A stretch of DNA of 63,945 nucleotides, counting the filler, from Reclinomonas americana ATCC 50394 (taxonomy: Eukaryota): NCBI GenBank assembly GCA_048213135.1. It is 9 parts of 5 records of this genome, joined end to end, with 100 filler letters (N's around TTAATTAATTAA, not from the genome) between each part and the next. Parts side by side here need not be neighbours in the genome. Positions count along the whole stretch, not along the records: positions 20,583 to 32,718 come from PS015200.1; positions 32,819 to 41,322 come from PS015200.1; 7 more parts are not named here. One strand, written 5' to 3'. Below are positions 22,503 to 34,040 of the stretch, piece by piece. The notes under the pieces were generated by a model, which saw only the letters and a program-made list of their open reading frames with translations, was not told the origin of the DNA and did not search any database. Every line of letters begins with the position of its first letter. The first letter of the stretch is position 1. The position numbers and the translations under genes were made by a program.

Positions 22503-25500
22503 TCACCTCCTCCGCATGGTCGCCATGGACGACCGCGGTCGCACCACCTCCTCCAGCGACTCCAACGACGGCCGTCGCGTCCCCTGCACACTGGCGGGTC
22601 GCGACCGCGCGGTTGCGGTCGTGACCGAGGTCGATGTCGGACCGGCCGTGGGACTCGGCGCCATGCGTCGTCGCTCCTCCGCCATGCGATTCTTAAAAAG
22701 AGAAAGTCAGCCGACAAGTACCCTGTCCTCCCTCCCTCCCTCCCTCCCCATAATCAAACCGTCCGCTCCTCCATCTCCGCCAGCTCGGCCTCGATGCGCA
22801 GCTTCTCCCGCACCATTTGCTCGTCGGTGTTGCGGAGCGCGCGCTCACGCCGCGTCAGCGCCTGCAACGTCTCATACAGCCGCTCAATCTGCCGGTCCTT
22901 CTCCGTCAGCTGCCCCTGGAACGCCGCCGCCACCTCGTGCTCCGCCTCCACCAGCCGGTCGACGGCCTCGCGCGCCACCTTGCGATCCCGCAGCTCGTTC
23001 TTCTTGCGACTCAGCACGTCGTCCTTCTTCTTGGCCGTGTGCAGCTGCTCAAAGTCGGCGCGCATCTGCGCCTGCTGCATGCGCAACCGCTCCAGCTCCT
23101 CCTTGCGCTGCTCGAGTTGCAGGCGAATCTGTTGCGTCTCGGTGGCCTTGGCGCCGATGCGCTCGGTGAGGTTGGTGATTTTCGATTTGAGCACGTGCTC
23201 GGCGGCTTGGTTCACGTCGCGCTGTGGGTGAGGGGGAGGGGTAAGGGGAAGGGGTAAGGGGAAGGGGTAAGGGGAAGGGGATGGGAAGAGGAGGAGGGAG
23301 GGGGGAGGGAGCAGGGAGGGGGAGCAGGGAGGAGGGAGGAAAGAGGAGGGTTGCAGAGGTGGGTTGTACAAGGAGGTTGCAAGAGGAGGGTTGTGCAGGA
23401 GGAGAGATGGAGGGTTGCTGGAGAAGGGTTGCACAAGGAGGGTAGCACGAGGAGGGTTGTGCAGGAGGAGGGTTGCAGCAGGAGGTTGCGAGGAGGGTTG
23501 TACGAGGAGGGTTGCATGCGGAGGGACGCACGGGGGGGGGGGTGAACGAAGAGGGATGCATGAGAAGAGTTGCAGATGGAGGGTTACATGAGGAGAAGGG
23601 TTACGCGACGAGGGTTGCACGAGGAGGGCTGCAAGAGGAGGGTTGCACGAGGAGGGTTGCAGGAGGAGGTTGCGGGAGGAGGGTTGAACGAGGAGAGATG
23701 CAGGAGGGTTGCAGGACGAGGAGGGTTACAGCAGGAGAGCTGCACAAGGAGGGTTGCATGAGGAGTAGGGTTACGCGACGAGGGTCACACGAGGAGGGTT
23801 GCAGAAGGAAGGTTGCGCGAGAAGGGTCGCACGAGGAGGGATGCAGCAGGAGAGCTGCACAGGGAGGGATGCAGATGGAGGAATGCAGATGGAAGGTTGC
23901 CCGAGGAGGATTGCTCGAGGAGGGTTACACGATGAGGGTTGCCAGAAGGAGGGCTGCACGAAGAGGGTTGCACGAGGAGGCTGCAGGAGGAGGGTTGCAC
24001 GAGGAGGGTTGCACGAGGAGGGTCGTGGAGGGTTGCACGATGAGGGTTGCAAGGGGGTTGCGGGAGGAGGGTTGCACGAGGAGGGTTGCACGAGGAGGGT
24101 TGTGCACGAGGAGGGTTGCAGGAGAGCTGCACGAGGAGGGTTGCCAGAAGGAGGGTTGCCGAAGGAGGGTTGCACGAGGAGAGATGCAGATGGAGGGATG
24201 CACGAGAAGGCTTGCAGATGGAGGGTAGCAAGAGGGGGTCGAGAGCGCCACACACCTTGTAGCTGTGCAGCTGCATCTGTACCCGCGCATACTCGTCTTG
24301 CAGCTGGCCGATTTGCGCCTGCACTTCCACTAGAATGTACTGGTTCTGTGGTGGGAGAAGAGTGAGCAAAGACACCCTTGCCCTGTCTCTCTCTCTCTCC
24401 CCAATACGCCTCACCCTCGTGGTCGCGGCCTTGGCGTACGAATTCTCCGTCACCAACTCCTCCACATTTCGCTCAAAGTCACGCTCCGTCTTCAACATCT
24501 CGCCCTCCAGCTGTCGAATACGCATCAGACGCATTTCCTTCTTGCGCAACAGCTGATCACGCTCGGCCAGCTGCTCCTCCAGCTCCACCTTGGCTCGATC
24601 ACGGGCCTCCAGCTCACGCTGTAGAGTTTCATTGTCTGGAGAGGCAGTGAGAGGACAATCAACCCACTTCGATTAAAGGAGCAGGCACGCACCTCGCCGC
24701 AGTTCGGCCACGAGATCGTCGTACTTGTGCATGATCGACTGTCGCAACTCCTCCTCCTCGCGTTGTCGCTCTCGCGCGTGGCGCATGGTGGCTTGCATGG
24801 TGTCGGCCTCTTCTTTCTGCACATGGGAGAGGAGTTGGGCGGGAGGAGAGACCGACGGGCAAGCACTATTGTCGTACCATTTGCGCCATTTGCTGCTGCA
24901 GTTGCTTCACCTCGCGCTCACTGTCGAGGCGGCGGGCCTTGACGCGGCCCTCCAGTTGTGCCTCATATTCCTGTTGTCAACGCGAGGTGAGTCTTGCGCA
25001 CAATTGAACATGCGACTCTCACGTCACACTCAGAACAACACAGCACAACAAGCAAAAAGCAAACAGCAGGACACAGCACAGATCAGAGCAGAACAGATCG
25101 AACAGCATACTGCAACATAGCACAGAACAGAAAAGCAGCACATAACAGAACAGAACAGCAATGTACACAACAGACAACAACGCAGAACGCACGGCGCAGC
25201 ACGATGCAAATCAGCAACCGGAACAAATGCAGCAGCCCATCGCAGCATACACACACAGAGCACAAAGCACAGAACAGAACAGAGCAGCAATACACAGCAC
25301 CGCACAGCAGAGAACACAACGGGGGATGAACGGCGCAGCACAGCGCAAAACAGCACAACGCAGGACAGTAGCTGTAGAGACCAGCACAGAAGAGGACAGC
25401 GCATCGGAGCACGATAGAACAAATAACAGGGCAGTACAGCACGGAACAGCGCAGCACAGCATAACAAAGCACAGCAAGGCACAGCAAGGCACAGCAAGGC

Positions 25501-28500
25501 AACGCACGACACAACAACACAGCACAGAACAGCATAGAACAGAAAAGAACGAAGCTCAGCAGAAAGCAAACTGAGAAGAGCACAACAGAACGCAGCACAA
25601 CACAGCACAGCACAGCACAGCACAGCACAAAACAGCACAGCGCAGAACACCATAGAACAGAACAGCATAGAACAAAAAAAATGAACACGGCACGGCACAG
25701 CACAGCACGGCACGGCAGCAGAGCAGAACAACAGACACCAAACAAGGTGCACAAACCACAGCCAAAGCACAGAACACAACAACAAAGCACGGAATGGAAC
25801 AGCACACCATACCACACCACGAACAAGGCACTCGTGCCCGACACACTCACCTCCCTAAACGTCATCAAGAACCGCAAATGTTCGCGTATTTGCTCAATGA
25901 CCAAGAAAGGGCCGCGACCTGCAGCACAATTAGCATAAACGACAAGAACCGCCCTTCCCTATCCGTCATCCGCAACTGCGCAAGCGCTCCCTCGCCGCCT
26001 GAATCGATTCGCCCACCATCTCCGACGGCGGCTTCACACCCGCGCGCTGCTGCTCCGGCAACATCATCTGCAGCGAGTTGTTGGCGTTCTGCGAGTCGTC
26101 GGAGCGCGCCGAGCGTGTGCGGGCCATGCGCGCCACACCCAGCAGGCGGCCGAGGCCCGCACNNNNNNNNNNNNNNNNNNNNAGGGAGGGAGAGAGGGAG
26201 GGAGGGAGGGAGAGAGGGAGGGAGGGAGGGAGGAGGGAAGGAGAGAGGGAGAGAGGGAGAGAGGGAGGGAGAGAGGGAGGGAGAGAGGGAGGGAGAAGGG
26301 AGAGAGAGAGAAAAAGAGAGAAAGAGAGAAGAAAGAAAGAGAGAGGGAGACTGAGAGAGAGAGAGAGTAAAGGGATGAGAGAAAGGGGAGGGCAGAGGAA
26401 AGGGAGAACGAACTGCGACACTAAATCTGAGTGACGATGCTCGCTTACGCCGTTCTCTCTAAGATTACTTGAGACGTGGTGGACAAGCAGAGAAGACAAA
26501 GTCGTTCCAAAGGAGGAGAAAATGCAGAAATGGTGGAGGAAGAGCAGGCACCAGAGGAAGCACAACCAACAGAGCAAGAGCTGCGTCACCCTCAGCCCGT
26601 ATTCTCTCCACGGAACGCAACAGGTCGACGAGTGAGCGGACCACGCTGTCGAATGCGCCGAGGCTGTCTTGCATCTTGCGCTGCTTCTCGGCGCTTTGCT
26701 CGATGCGGCGCTCGAGGAGCTCCTGGTGTGGGAGAGGGGGATGAGAGAGAAGTGCGAAACGGAGGATGAGAGACGAAAAGTGAGACATAAATCGGGAGGG
26801 GAAGGAAAAGAGCGAAGAAGTGGACGGGAGAGAGCAGGAGGCAACGAGTTGAGAGACAAAGATTGAAGGTTGGAGACGAGAGACATGAATCGCAAAGAAA
26901 GGTGGAGGGAGGGAGAGAGTGAGCATGAGGCCAAATCATCAGAGACACGGGCAGGATGGAGAGTTCCGGGGAGAAGAGCATGTCACTGACCTCGCGCTCA
27001 TGCATCTCCTTGGTCATGTTGACCATGAGCACCTTGGCCGCCGCCTTCTCCTCATTCAGCGTTTGCAGTCGCGCCTTGAGTTGCAGAATGTGACTGGCCT
27101 GATCAGGGGGCTGCGAAAAAGAAGTCAGGAAAACAAGCAGAGACAGGGAGAGAATGCGAAGGAAGAAGAGGAGGAAGAAGCACGGAGGAGGAGGAGAAGG
27201 AGGAGGACATGAGAAGAACAAGAGCAGGAAGTTGGGAGAGGAGGAGAAGAGAAAGAGAAGGGAGAGGAGGAGAAGAAGAAAAAGAGGAAGACAAAGAAGA
27301 AAGAGATGAGGGAGGAGGAAGAAAACACCAAAGAGGATACAGAGAGGAGGAGGGAGAATGAATGAGCGTTGAGAAGAGAAGCGAGGAGAAAGGAGAAGAA
27401 GCGAAACAAGTAAGAGGTGCTGGAGGAGAAGAAAAAGAAGGAGAGGAGGAGGAGGAGAAGAAGAAGGAAACAAGATGAAGAAGACAACAAGAAACAGGAG
27501 TCAGAGGAGACCCTGAAGGAAGAGAGAGAATCAGTCTCAACTCCTCCTTCCTCTCTCTCTCCCTTCTCACTCCTTGCTTCCTCTGCTTTGTCTGTCTCTC
27601 TCTCCCTCTCTTCTCCAGGAGAGCGCGAAAACCCCAATCAATCCCCCTACAGAGGAGGACAAAAGAGAAAAAGGGAGAATGGATGAGCAAGAAGAAAAGG
27701 AGAAACGAGAAGAACGAGAAAGAGGTGCAGGAGGAGAGGAGGAGGAGGAAGCACGGACAAGAGTGAGAAGAAGGAGAACAGAGGAAGAAGAAAACAAGGA
27801 GGAGGAGAGAGAGGAGAACAATGAGAAGAAGAGAGAATGAGTGAGTGATCAAACCCTCGTTCTCTCAACAGCTCCTTCTGCTCATTCCTCTCTCCCCCCC
27901 TTCTCACTTCTTGCTCCTTCAGCTTTGCTTCTCGCTCCCTCTCTTCTCCAGGAGAGCGCGAAACCCCAAATCAATCTCCCGCGCTCTCTCATCTCTCATC
28001 TCTCTCCCCCTTCTCTCTCTGTCTCATTCACTGACCACAGTGGGCACATCCTCAGGCACTCGTCTCTGCAACTACTGCCTCTCTTATCTCTTCTCTCTCT
28101 CTCTTTCTCTCACATTTCTCTCTCTCTCATCTCTTGCTCTCTTCTGTCTCTCTTCTGTCTCTCTTCTGTCTCTCTCCTGTCTCTCATCTCTCTCTCTCTC
28201 TTCTCTCATCTCTCTTCTCTCATCTCTCTCTCTCTCTCCCTTCTCTCCCCTTCTCTCCCTCTCTCTCTCTCATTCACTGACCACAGTGGGCGCATCCTCA
28301 GGCACTCGTCTCTGCAACTGTTGCTGTTGTTGCTGTTGTGGAGACTGTTGCGCGGGCAATGACTGAGAGAGAGGCGCGCCAACTGCACTGGCGGCCACTG
28401 ATGACAAATCCGCTCTGTTGTTTGTTTGTTGACCAATCAGAATCACCAATGACTGAGTAGAGTGTGTGAGAGAGTGTGTGTGTTAACTTCCTGTCTGCGC

Positions 28501-28528
28501 GCAACCGAGGGCGCGACTGCGTGCTCAT
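22503..28528 (-). CDS. Long coiled-coil protein, function unknown
   Basis: About 11 phase-compatible exons encode E/R/Q/L-rich heptads (e.g. DNETLQRELEARDRAKVELEEQLAERDQLLRKKE, RLQLEQRKEELERLRMQQ). The start (ATG 28528) and last exon are tentative. Confidence 0.7.
23340..24230. repeat. Intronic G-rich minisatellite, ~14-15-nt unit CACGAGGAGGGTTG
   Basis: Dozens of degenerate GAGGAGGGTTGCAC units inside the 24255-23223 intron. Confidence 0.95.
25030..25830. repeat. Intronic degenerate pentanucleotide repeat (CACAG/AACAG)n
   Basis: Runs such as CACAGCACAGCACAG and ACAGAACAGAAC. Confidence 0.9.
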
Positions 28529-28699
28529 TTGCTTGCTTGTGCACAAACGACGAACGAGCGTGAGGGGTGGTCACGTGTCACATCGCTGCATCGTTGTAAG
28601 AAACGATTTTGGAGCAAGTCCGAGACAGAGACAGGCTCTTCCTGAAGTGGGGAAGTGCTATCTGCAACACCGATCTGCGCTTGTTGATGTAAAGCGATC

Positions 28700-29490
28700 C
28701 AGAGCAGCACAGTGCAGAAAGCAGCTGCGAATGTCATGAGGCACCAGTACAGAGCGATGAATTCTGAATGCAGCAGTGAGGCATCAAGAGGCAACAGTTT
28801 TGAGCGGTGCAGTCGCAAGCCGCGGTGGATCCCACAGCACAGTGCGACTGCCATCTTGCAGGCAGCAATGAACCCGATCTGAAGCATCTGATGAGGCACA
28901 AGCACAGAGCGATGAAGTCTGATTTAGTGGATCCGACCCGAAGCATCTGATCATGAGACAACAGTGTTGAGCAGTGCCTGTTCAAGGTAACAGAGCAGTG
29001 GAACTGGATCCGATCCGAACTAGCTGAGCATGTGGCGCCGTGCAGTCTGAATGAGGCAGTGGATTCGATCCGCAGAAGCTGTTGAGGCACCAGCACAGAG
29101 AGGTTGATCTGCAAGTAGCAGCGGATCGTATCCGAAGCAGCTCGTCGTGAGGCACCAGCAATGTGCGATGCAGTCCGCATGCTGTGGTGGATGCTGTTCA
29201 AAGTAACACAGCAGTGGAGCTGTCATCTGCAAGTGGATCCGTTCCGAAGCTGCAGATCATGAGGCACCAGCACAGAGCGATGGAACTGAAACCAGGAGTG
29301 GATTCGATCCACAGCAACTGCAGGTGGTGAGGCTCCAGAACTAGCAGTGGGCCTTCTGGCAAGCTTCAGCAGTCCCGAACCGAAGCATCTTGTCGTGAAG
29401 CACCAGCTCAGTGCGGTGCAGTTGTGGGCCGGATCCAAAGCAACTGCAAGCAAGTGGTGGGGCGCCAGATCAAAGCATCCGGACTGCCAT
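28700..29490. repeat. Intergenic degenerate tandem array, ~60-66-nt unit
   Basis: Recurring GTGGATCCGATCCGAAGC...TGAGGCACCAGCACAGAGCGATG near 28737, 28891, 29083, 29148, 29260 and 29396. Confidence 0.8.
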
Positions 29491-29587
29491 CGAGCGAGGC
29501 CACTACAGCAACACTGCATTGCCGCCGTCGACGCAGGTGATGGCACTCTGCTTCTGGAGTAATCGTGAACCCTCTCCCGAATTCCCT

Positions 29588-30718
29588 CTATCGCTTCTTG
29601 TATTGACACGCTCGCAGGGAGATGCCGTCTAGAGTGCTGCTTGCGCGCTTCTTGCTGCTGTTGGTGGCGCGCTTGCTGGCCTTGTTGAACTCGAGCAGCA
29701 CGAAATGCGAGTTGCTCGTATCCTGCGTATGGTGTGCGCAAGAGGGTGAGGGGCGGCAGAAAAAGAAGCATGATCGTGCCGCTCTCACCTTGTTGCGCAG
29801 CTGGAAACCGAGATCGGCGCACACGGCGTGGCAGAACTCATCTAGATCGGTGAAACGCGAGGCAACCTCTGCAATCAGCAGAGTGCCGCTGTGTGGGGAC
29901 TGGTGAGCAAGGGGCAACAGTCAAGAAGCGAACAGGCGACGCAACTTCGGGCGCAAAACGCGCTCCGCTTCGCGCAGAAAATCGGCAAAATTGGTGCCCA
30001 TGAGCGACAAGCAGAAAATCGCAGCGTTGACGGTCGAGTCCTTGAGGGGTGTCTGTGCGGCGGCAGGAGGGTGAGGGAGGGAGAGAGGAAGAGAAGGAGA
30101 CAGAAGGCTCACAGAGACGGTCTCTCTCTCTCCTCAGTCTGCCAAAGAGGAGAAGACAAAAGGCTCAAGCAGGGACAGTCTCTCTCTTCCCAGTCTACCA
30201 AGGAAAAGAAGGCAGCGAAGACGCTCCGCTTCCACCGCCTGCCAGGGGAATTGAGATCGCAGCAAAGACGGACGCTCTAACTCTCTCGCAGCATGTTAAG
30301 GAAAAAAAAGACAAACGGCTCAAACAGTCTCTCTCTTCCCAATCTATCAGGGAAAAGAAGACAGCGATAAGGCTCCCTCTCCACTGCCTGCCACGGAGAG
30401 GGAGATCAGAAGGTTCACAGCAAGACAGTCTTGTCTCTCTCTCCTCAGTCTGCCAAGGAGGAGACCAAGGAAAAGTAGACAGCGAAGACGCTCCCTCTCC
30501 ACTGCCTGCCGAGGAAGTGAGACAGATCAGAGCAAAGACGGACTCTCTAACTCTCCCGCAGCATCTTAAGGGAAAAGAGACAGATGGCTCACAAGGACGG
30601 TCTATCTCTCTTCCCAGTCTACCAAGGAAAGAAGACAGGCAGCTCACAGCAAGACAGCCACTCTCTCCCCAGGCAACCAAGGAGAATGTGAGACAGATCA
30701 GGGAAAGATACTCTCTCA

Positions 30719-30762
<44 letters not shown>

Positions 30763-33172
30763 CCTCTCTCTCGTCAGTCTGCCAAGGAGGAGAAGACAAA
30801 CGGCTCAAGCACAGACAGTCTCTTTCTCTCGAAAGTCTGTCAAGGAAAAGGAAACAGACCGCGCACGCCAGGTCTCTCTCCTCAGTTTGCCGAGGAATGG
30901 AGACGTTGCCTCTCAATACTCCCTCCACCCTCTCCCACATCTCCCTTCCCCCCCACCCCTTCCTCCCAGTACCCACTCACATTCGCCGCATCACACGCCG
31001 TGATAAACTCATTCGCCGCCACCAAGTCGAACGAGTGAATGTGCGGGTGCGACTCGTGCAGTGTGCGCGCCAGCTCCGCCTCGCCGCACCCGAAATCCGC
31101 AATCGTCCACTCTGGCGGACACCGCCGCACGTAGTCAATCATGAGCTGCAGTGGGTTCTGCGGCCACTTGGAGACCTGCTTGCGGAAGCCGTCGTGGTAC
31201 TGCAGGGGGAAAATGGGGAAGGACAGGATGAGAAGGAGACCACAGAGGAGAAGCAGAAAGAAAGACGCAGAACGAGAGAAGGCGAACAAGGCGAGGCACA
31301 AGAGTGGATGCAGAAGATGGAGAGAAATGAGAAGCGCAGAACAAGAACGAGGAGGTGAGGAAGACGAAGGAGACATGCAGAAAACACGAAGAAAGTCGAT
31401 GGATGCCGCGGTGGAGGCCAGGACGCAGATCCACGAGTCGGAAGAAAGGAAGAGGAGGCTGGAGAAGAAGCATGACAACGAAGAGACGAGTAACAAGAGC
31501 AAAACAAGTAAAGAACACCAAGCAAGAGATCAACATGGTGAGACGAGAACAAGACAGACGAGGCAGGGCAGGAGAATGAGAAGAAAGCAAGAACGAGGAG
31601 GCGGAGACGTGCAGAAAGCACGAACAAGAGCCTGGCGAGCAAATCATCAAATGCAGGATACCGAGAAGAGCACAACACGAAAGCGTAGGAGAGGAAGAAG
31701 ACGCAGGAGTACGCGAAGGAGACAAGGAGGAGACAAGCAACAGGAACAAGAACAAGTGGAAGACCAACAAGCAAGGGGTCAACATGACGGGGTGGAAGCA
31801 GACGAGGCAGGGTTGAAGAATGAGAAGGAACAAGAATGAGGAGGTGGAGACGTGCAGAAAGCACGAAGAAGAGCCTGGAAAGCCACGCATTGCTGCAGGA
31901 TAGAGAGAAGAGCAAGAACACGAAGGACGAGGAGATGAAGAAGATGCAGGGAACGCTAGGAAGAGGAAGAAGACGCAGGAGTACGCAAAGGAGACAAGGA
32001 GGAGACGAGCAACAGGAGCAAGAACAAGCGAAAGCACAACAAGCAAGAGGTCAACAAGACGGGAGAGAACAAGACGACCGATTGAGGAGTGGAAGCAGAC
32101 GAGGCGGGTAGAATAAGAGGAAGCAAGAACGAGGAGGTGGAGACGAGCACGAAGAAGAGCCTGGAAAGCCACGCATTGCTGCAGGATAGAGAGAAGAGCA
32201 GAACACGAAAGCACAGGAGAGGAAGAAGACGCAAGAGTACGCGAAGGAGACGAGCAACAGGAGCAAGAACAAGTGAAAGAGTAACATGCAAGAGACGAGA
32301 AAGAACAAGGAAAGACAAACGGGTTGAGAAGCTGCTTTCCTTCCCTTTCCCTCCTTCTCCCCTCCCTTTCCCCTCCCCCTTCCCCCTTNNNNNNNNNNNN
32401 NNNNNNNNNNNNNNNNNNNNNNNNNNNNNNNNNNNNNNNNNNNNNNNNNNNNNNNNNNNNNNNNNNNNNNNNNNNNNNNNNNNNNNNNNNNNNNNNNNNN
32501 NNNNNNNNNNNNNNNNNNNNNNNNNNNNNNNNNNNNNNNNNNNNNNNNNNNNNNNNNNNNNNGGGAGGCGTCGTGTGGTGATTCCGCTCAATGCCAAGTT
32601 GCAGGGGGCGCGATTTCGCTGGTTGAATCAGATGTTGTATGAGCAGCCGAGTGAGAAGGCGGTGGAGTTGTTTGCGCAGGAGCCGGAGTTGTTTGAGGCG
32701 GTTGCGTGTGATGGGGGGNNNNNNNNNNNNNNNNNNNNNNNNNNNNNNNNNNNNNNNNNNNNTTAATTAATTAANNNNNNNNNNNNNNNNNNNNNNNNNN
32801 NNNNNNNNNNNNNNNNNNACGCTCCTCCTCGTCAGCCTCCGCCTCCACCGCCTTGGCCTTCTCAACCTCGACCTCGACCTCTGCAGCAGCATGCTTCTCG
32901 GCCTTGCGCGCCAGTCGCTGTGTGACTTCCTCACGCGCGCGCTGTTTGCGACGACGGCGTTTGTCGCGTTTTTTCTCCTGTGCGGCCTCGCTGCGGGCGA
33001 CGGGAGGCGCGGGAATGACAAAGAGCGACTCGGTGTTTGACTGCGACTTTTTGCTCTTTTTCTTCTTCTTCTCTTGTGTTGTTGCTGTTGTTGTTGCTGA
33101 TGTGGTCGTGTCTACGCGTTGGCGCTTGCGAGGCGGTTGCTCGGAGGCATCCCACGCGGGCACGGAGAACAT
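29588..33172 (-). CDS. RRP8: Ribosomal RNA-processing protein 8 (25S/28S rRNA m1A methyltransferase, nucleomethylin)
   Basis: Motifs [88 protein letters not shown] and C-terminal LRACQYKKR. One exon (32563-32700) is placed on the + strand, and the gene crosses a spacer. Confidence 0.95.
29939..29945 (-). promoter_or_regulatory. Shifted 5' splice site A|GTTGCGT
   Basis: Restores RRP8 [14 protein letters not shown]. Confidence 0.9.
30100..30900. repeat. Intronic degenerate tandem repeat (RRP8 intron)
   Basis: Recurring CTCTCTC.TC..CAGTCT.CCAAGGA units. Confidence 0.85.
31220..32310. repeat. Intronic purine-rich degenerate tandem repeat (RRP8 intron)
   Basis: AGCACGAAGAAGAGCCTGGAAAGCCACGCATTGCTGCAGGATAGAGAGAAGAGCA is duplicated near 31860 and 32146, with older copies upstream. 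Confidence 0.85.
32763..32774. other. Artificial spacer core TTAATTAATTAA
   Basis: Flanked by N runs. Confidence 0.98.
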
Positions 33173-34040
33173 GATGGGGGAATTGGTCCGTCGGAGTGGT
33201 GGGACGCGAAATGCGATGCATTTCTTCCAGCAAAGCCAGCTTGTGCAAGTCCAACAGTGCGTAGTCTGTGTTACACAAAGAGTCATGAGGTGCAGCAAGT
33301 TTTTTTCCGAATTCAATGTTTCTTCGAAGTAAGGATCGGCACCACGAATTCACGGCGAATCCAGCCTGGCTTGCAAACGAGGCTCTATTGCAGAGCACTT
33401 ACTTGCCCGTTCTGTCGGAATTCAATGCTAAGGTCCAACTGTTCGAAACTCAGAGCAGGTCTTGCGCACTGGAATCCATTCCGATTTCAGTTTCTCTTCG
33501 AATTCAAGAAATGCTTTCAACTGGCCAAATATCACGCGCCACCAACCAGCTTCAACTCGGTATCAGTTCCGTGCTTGTCATGCAGTGTGACTACGACGCA
33601 TTATGCGACGCAGAGATCTGGATCGATTTGTTCGATTCGCAGCCGCTCGGAAGAAATCCGTCCCGCTGCCTCCAAGGCAGCTGTTTGGGTTAATGATTGG
33701 ACTTGGCCATAAAAGCAAAGTGTTTGTTGGCGAAGGTGCAGTTGCAGACAGTACGTGGCCATGGCACGAATTTCGAAAGGTATAACATTTTCGACTCTTA
33801 CTCAACAGTTTCTGTCCTGCTTCCACTTCTCGTACTCACCCATGACCATGCATCTGTATTGCTACTTGTCTTCAAAGTTATTGTCACCCTTCCCTTTCTT
33901 TCCTCCCACATTTTTCGCGAGCAAATATTTTACTGTAAACTCAACTTTTCATGCGCGACGGAGAAAACGCAATCTCCCACTCCTCACCCTCGGGAGCCAC
34001 CGAGGACTCTGCGCAACACCCGCCACAGCACTCCGACAAC

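Noticed and set aside
23340-24230. Interstitial telomeric repeat or coding repeat ORFs (GGGTTG/GGGTTA; ORFs 23473..24228 etc.)
   Set aside because: The unit is 14-15 nt rather than a tandem hexamer, it lies within a GT-AG intron of a minus-strand gene, and it is open in several frames only because of low complexity.
28700-29490. CRISPR-like array (also considered for 54320-54960 and 17870-18660)
   Set aside because: Eukaryotic context, degenerate repeats, inter-repeat segments related to each other, and no cas genes.
33316-33693. 125-aa ORF between RRP8 and the cyclin
   Set aside because: No recognisable motif, lacks the GC3-rich codon bias of real exons, and sits in a probable divergent promoter.
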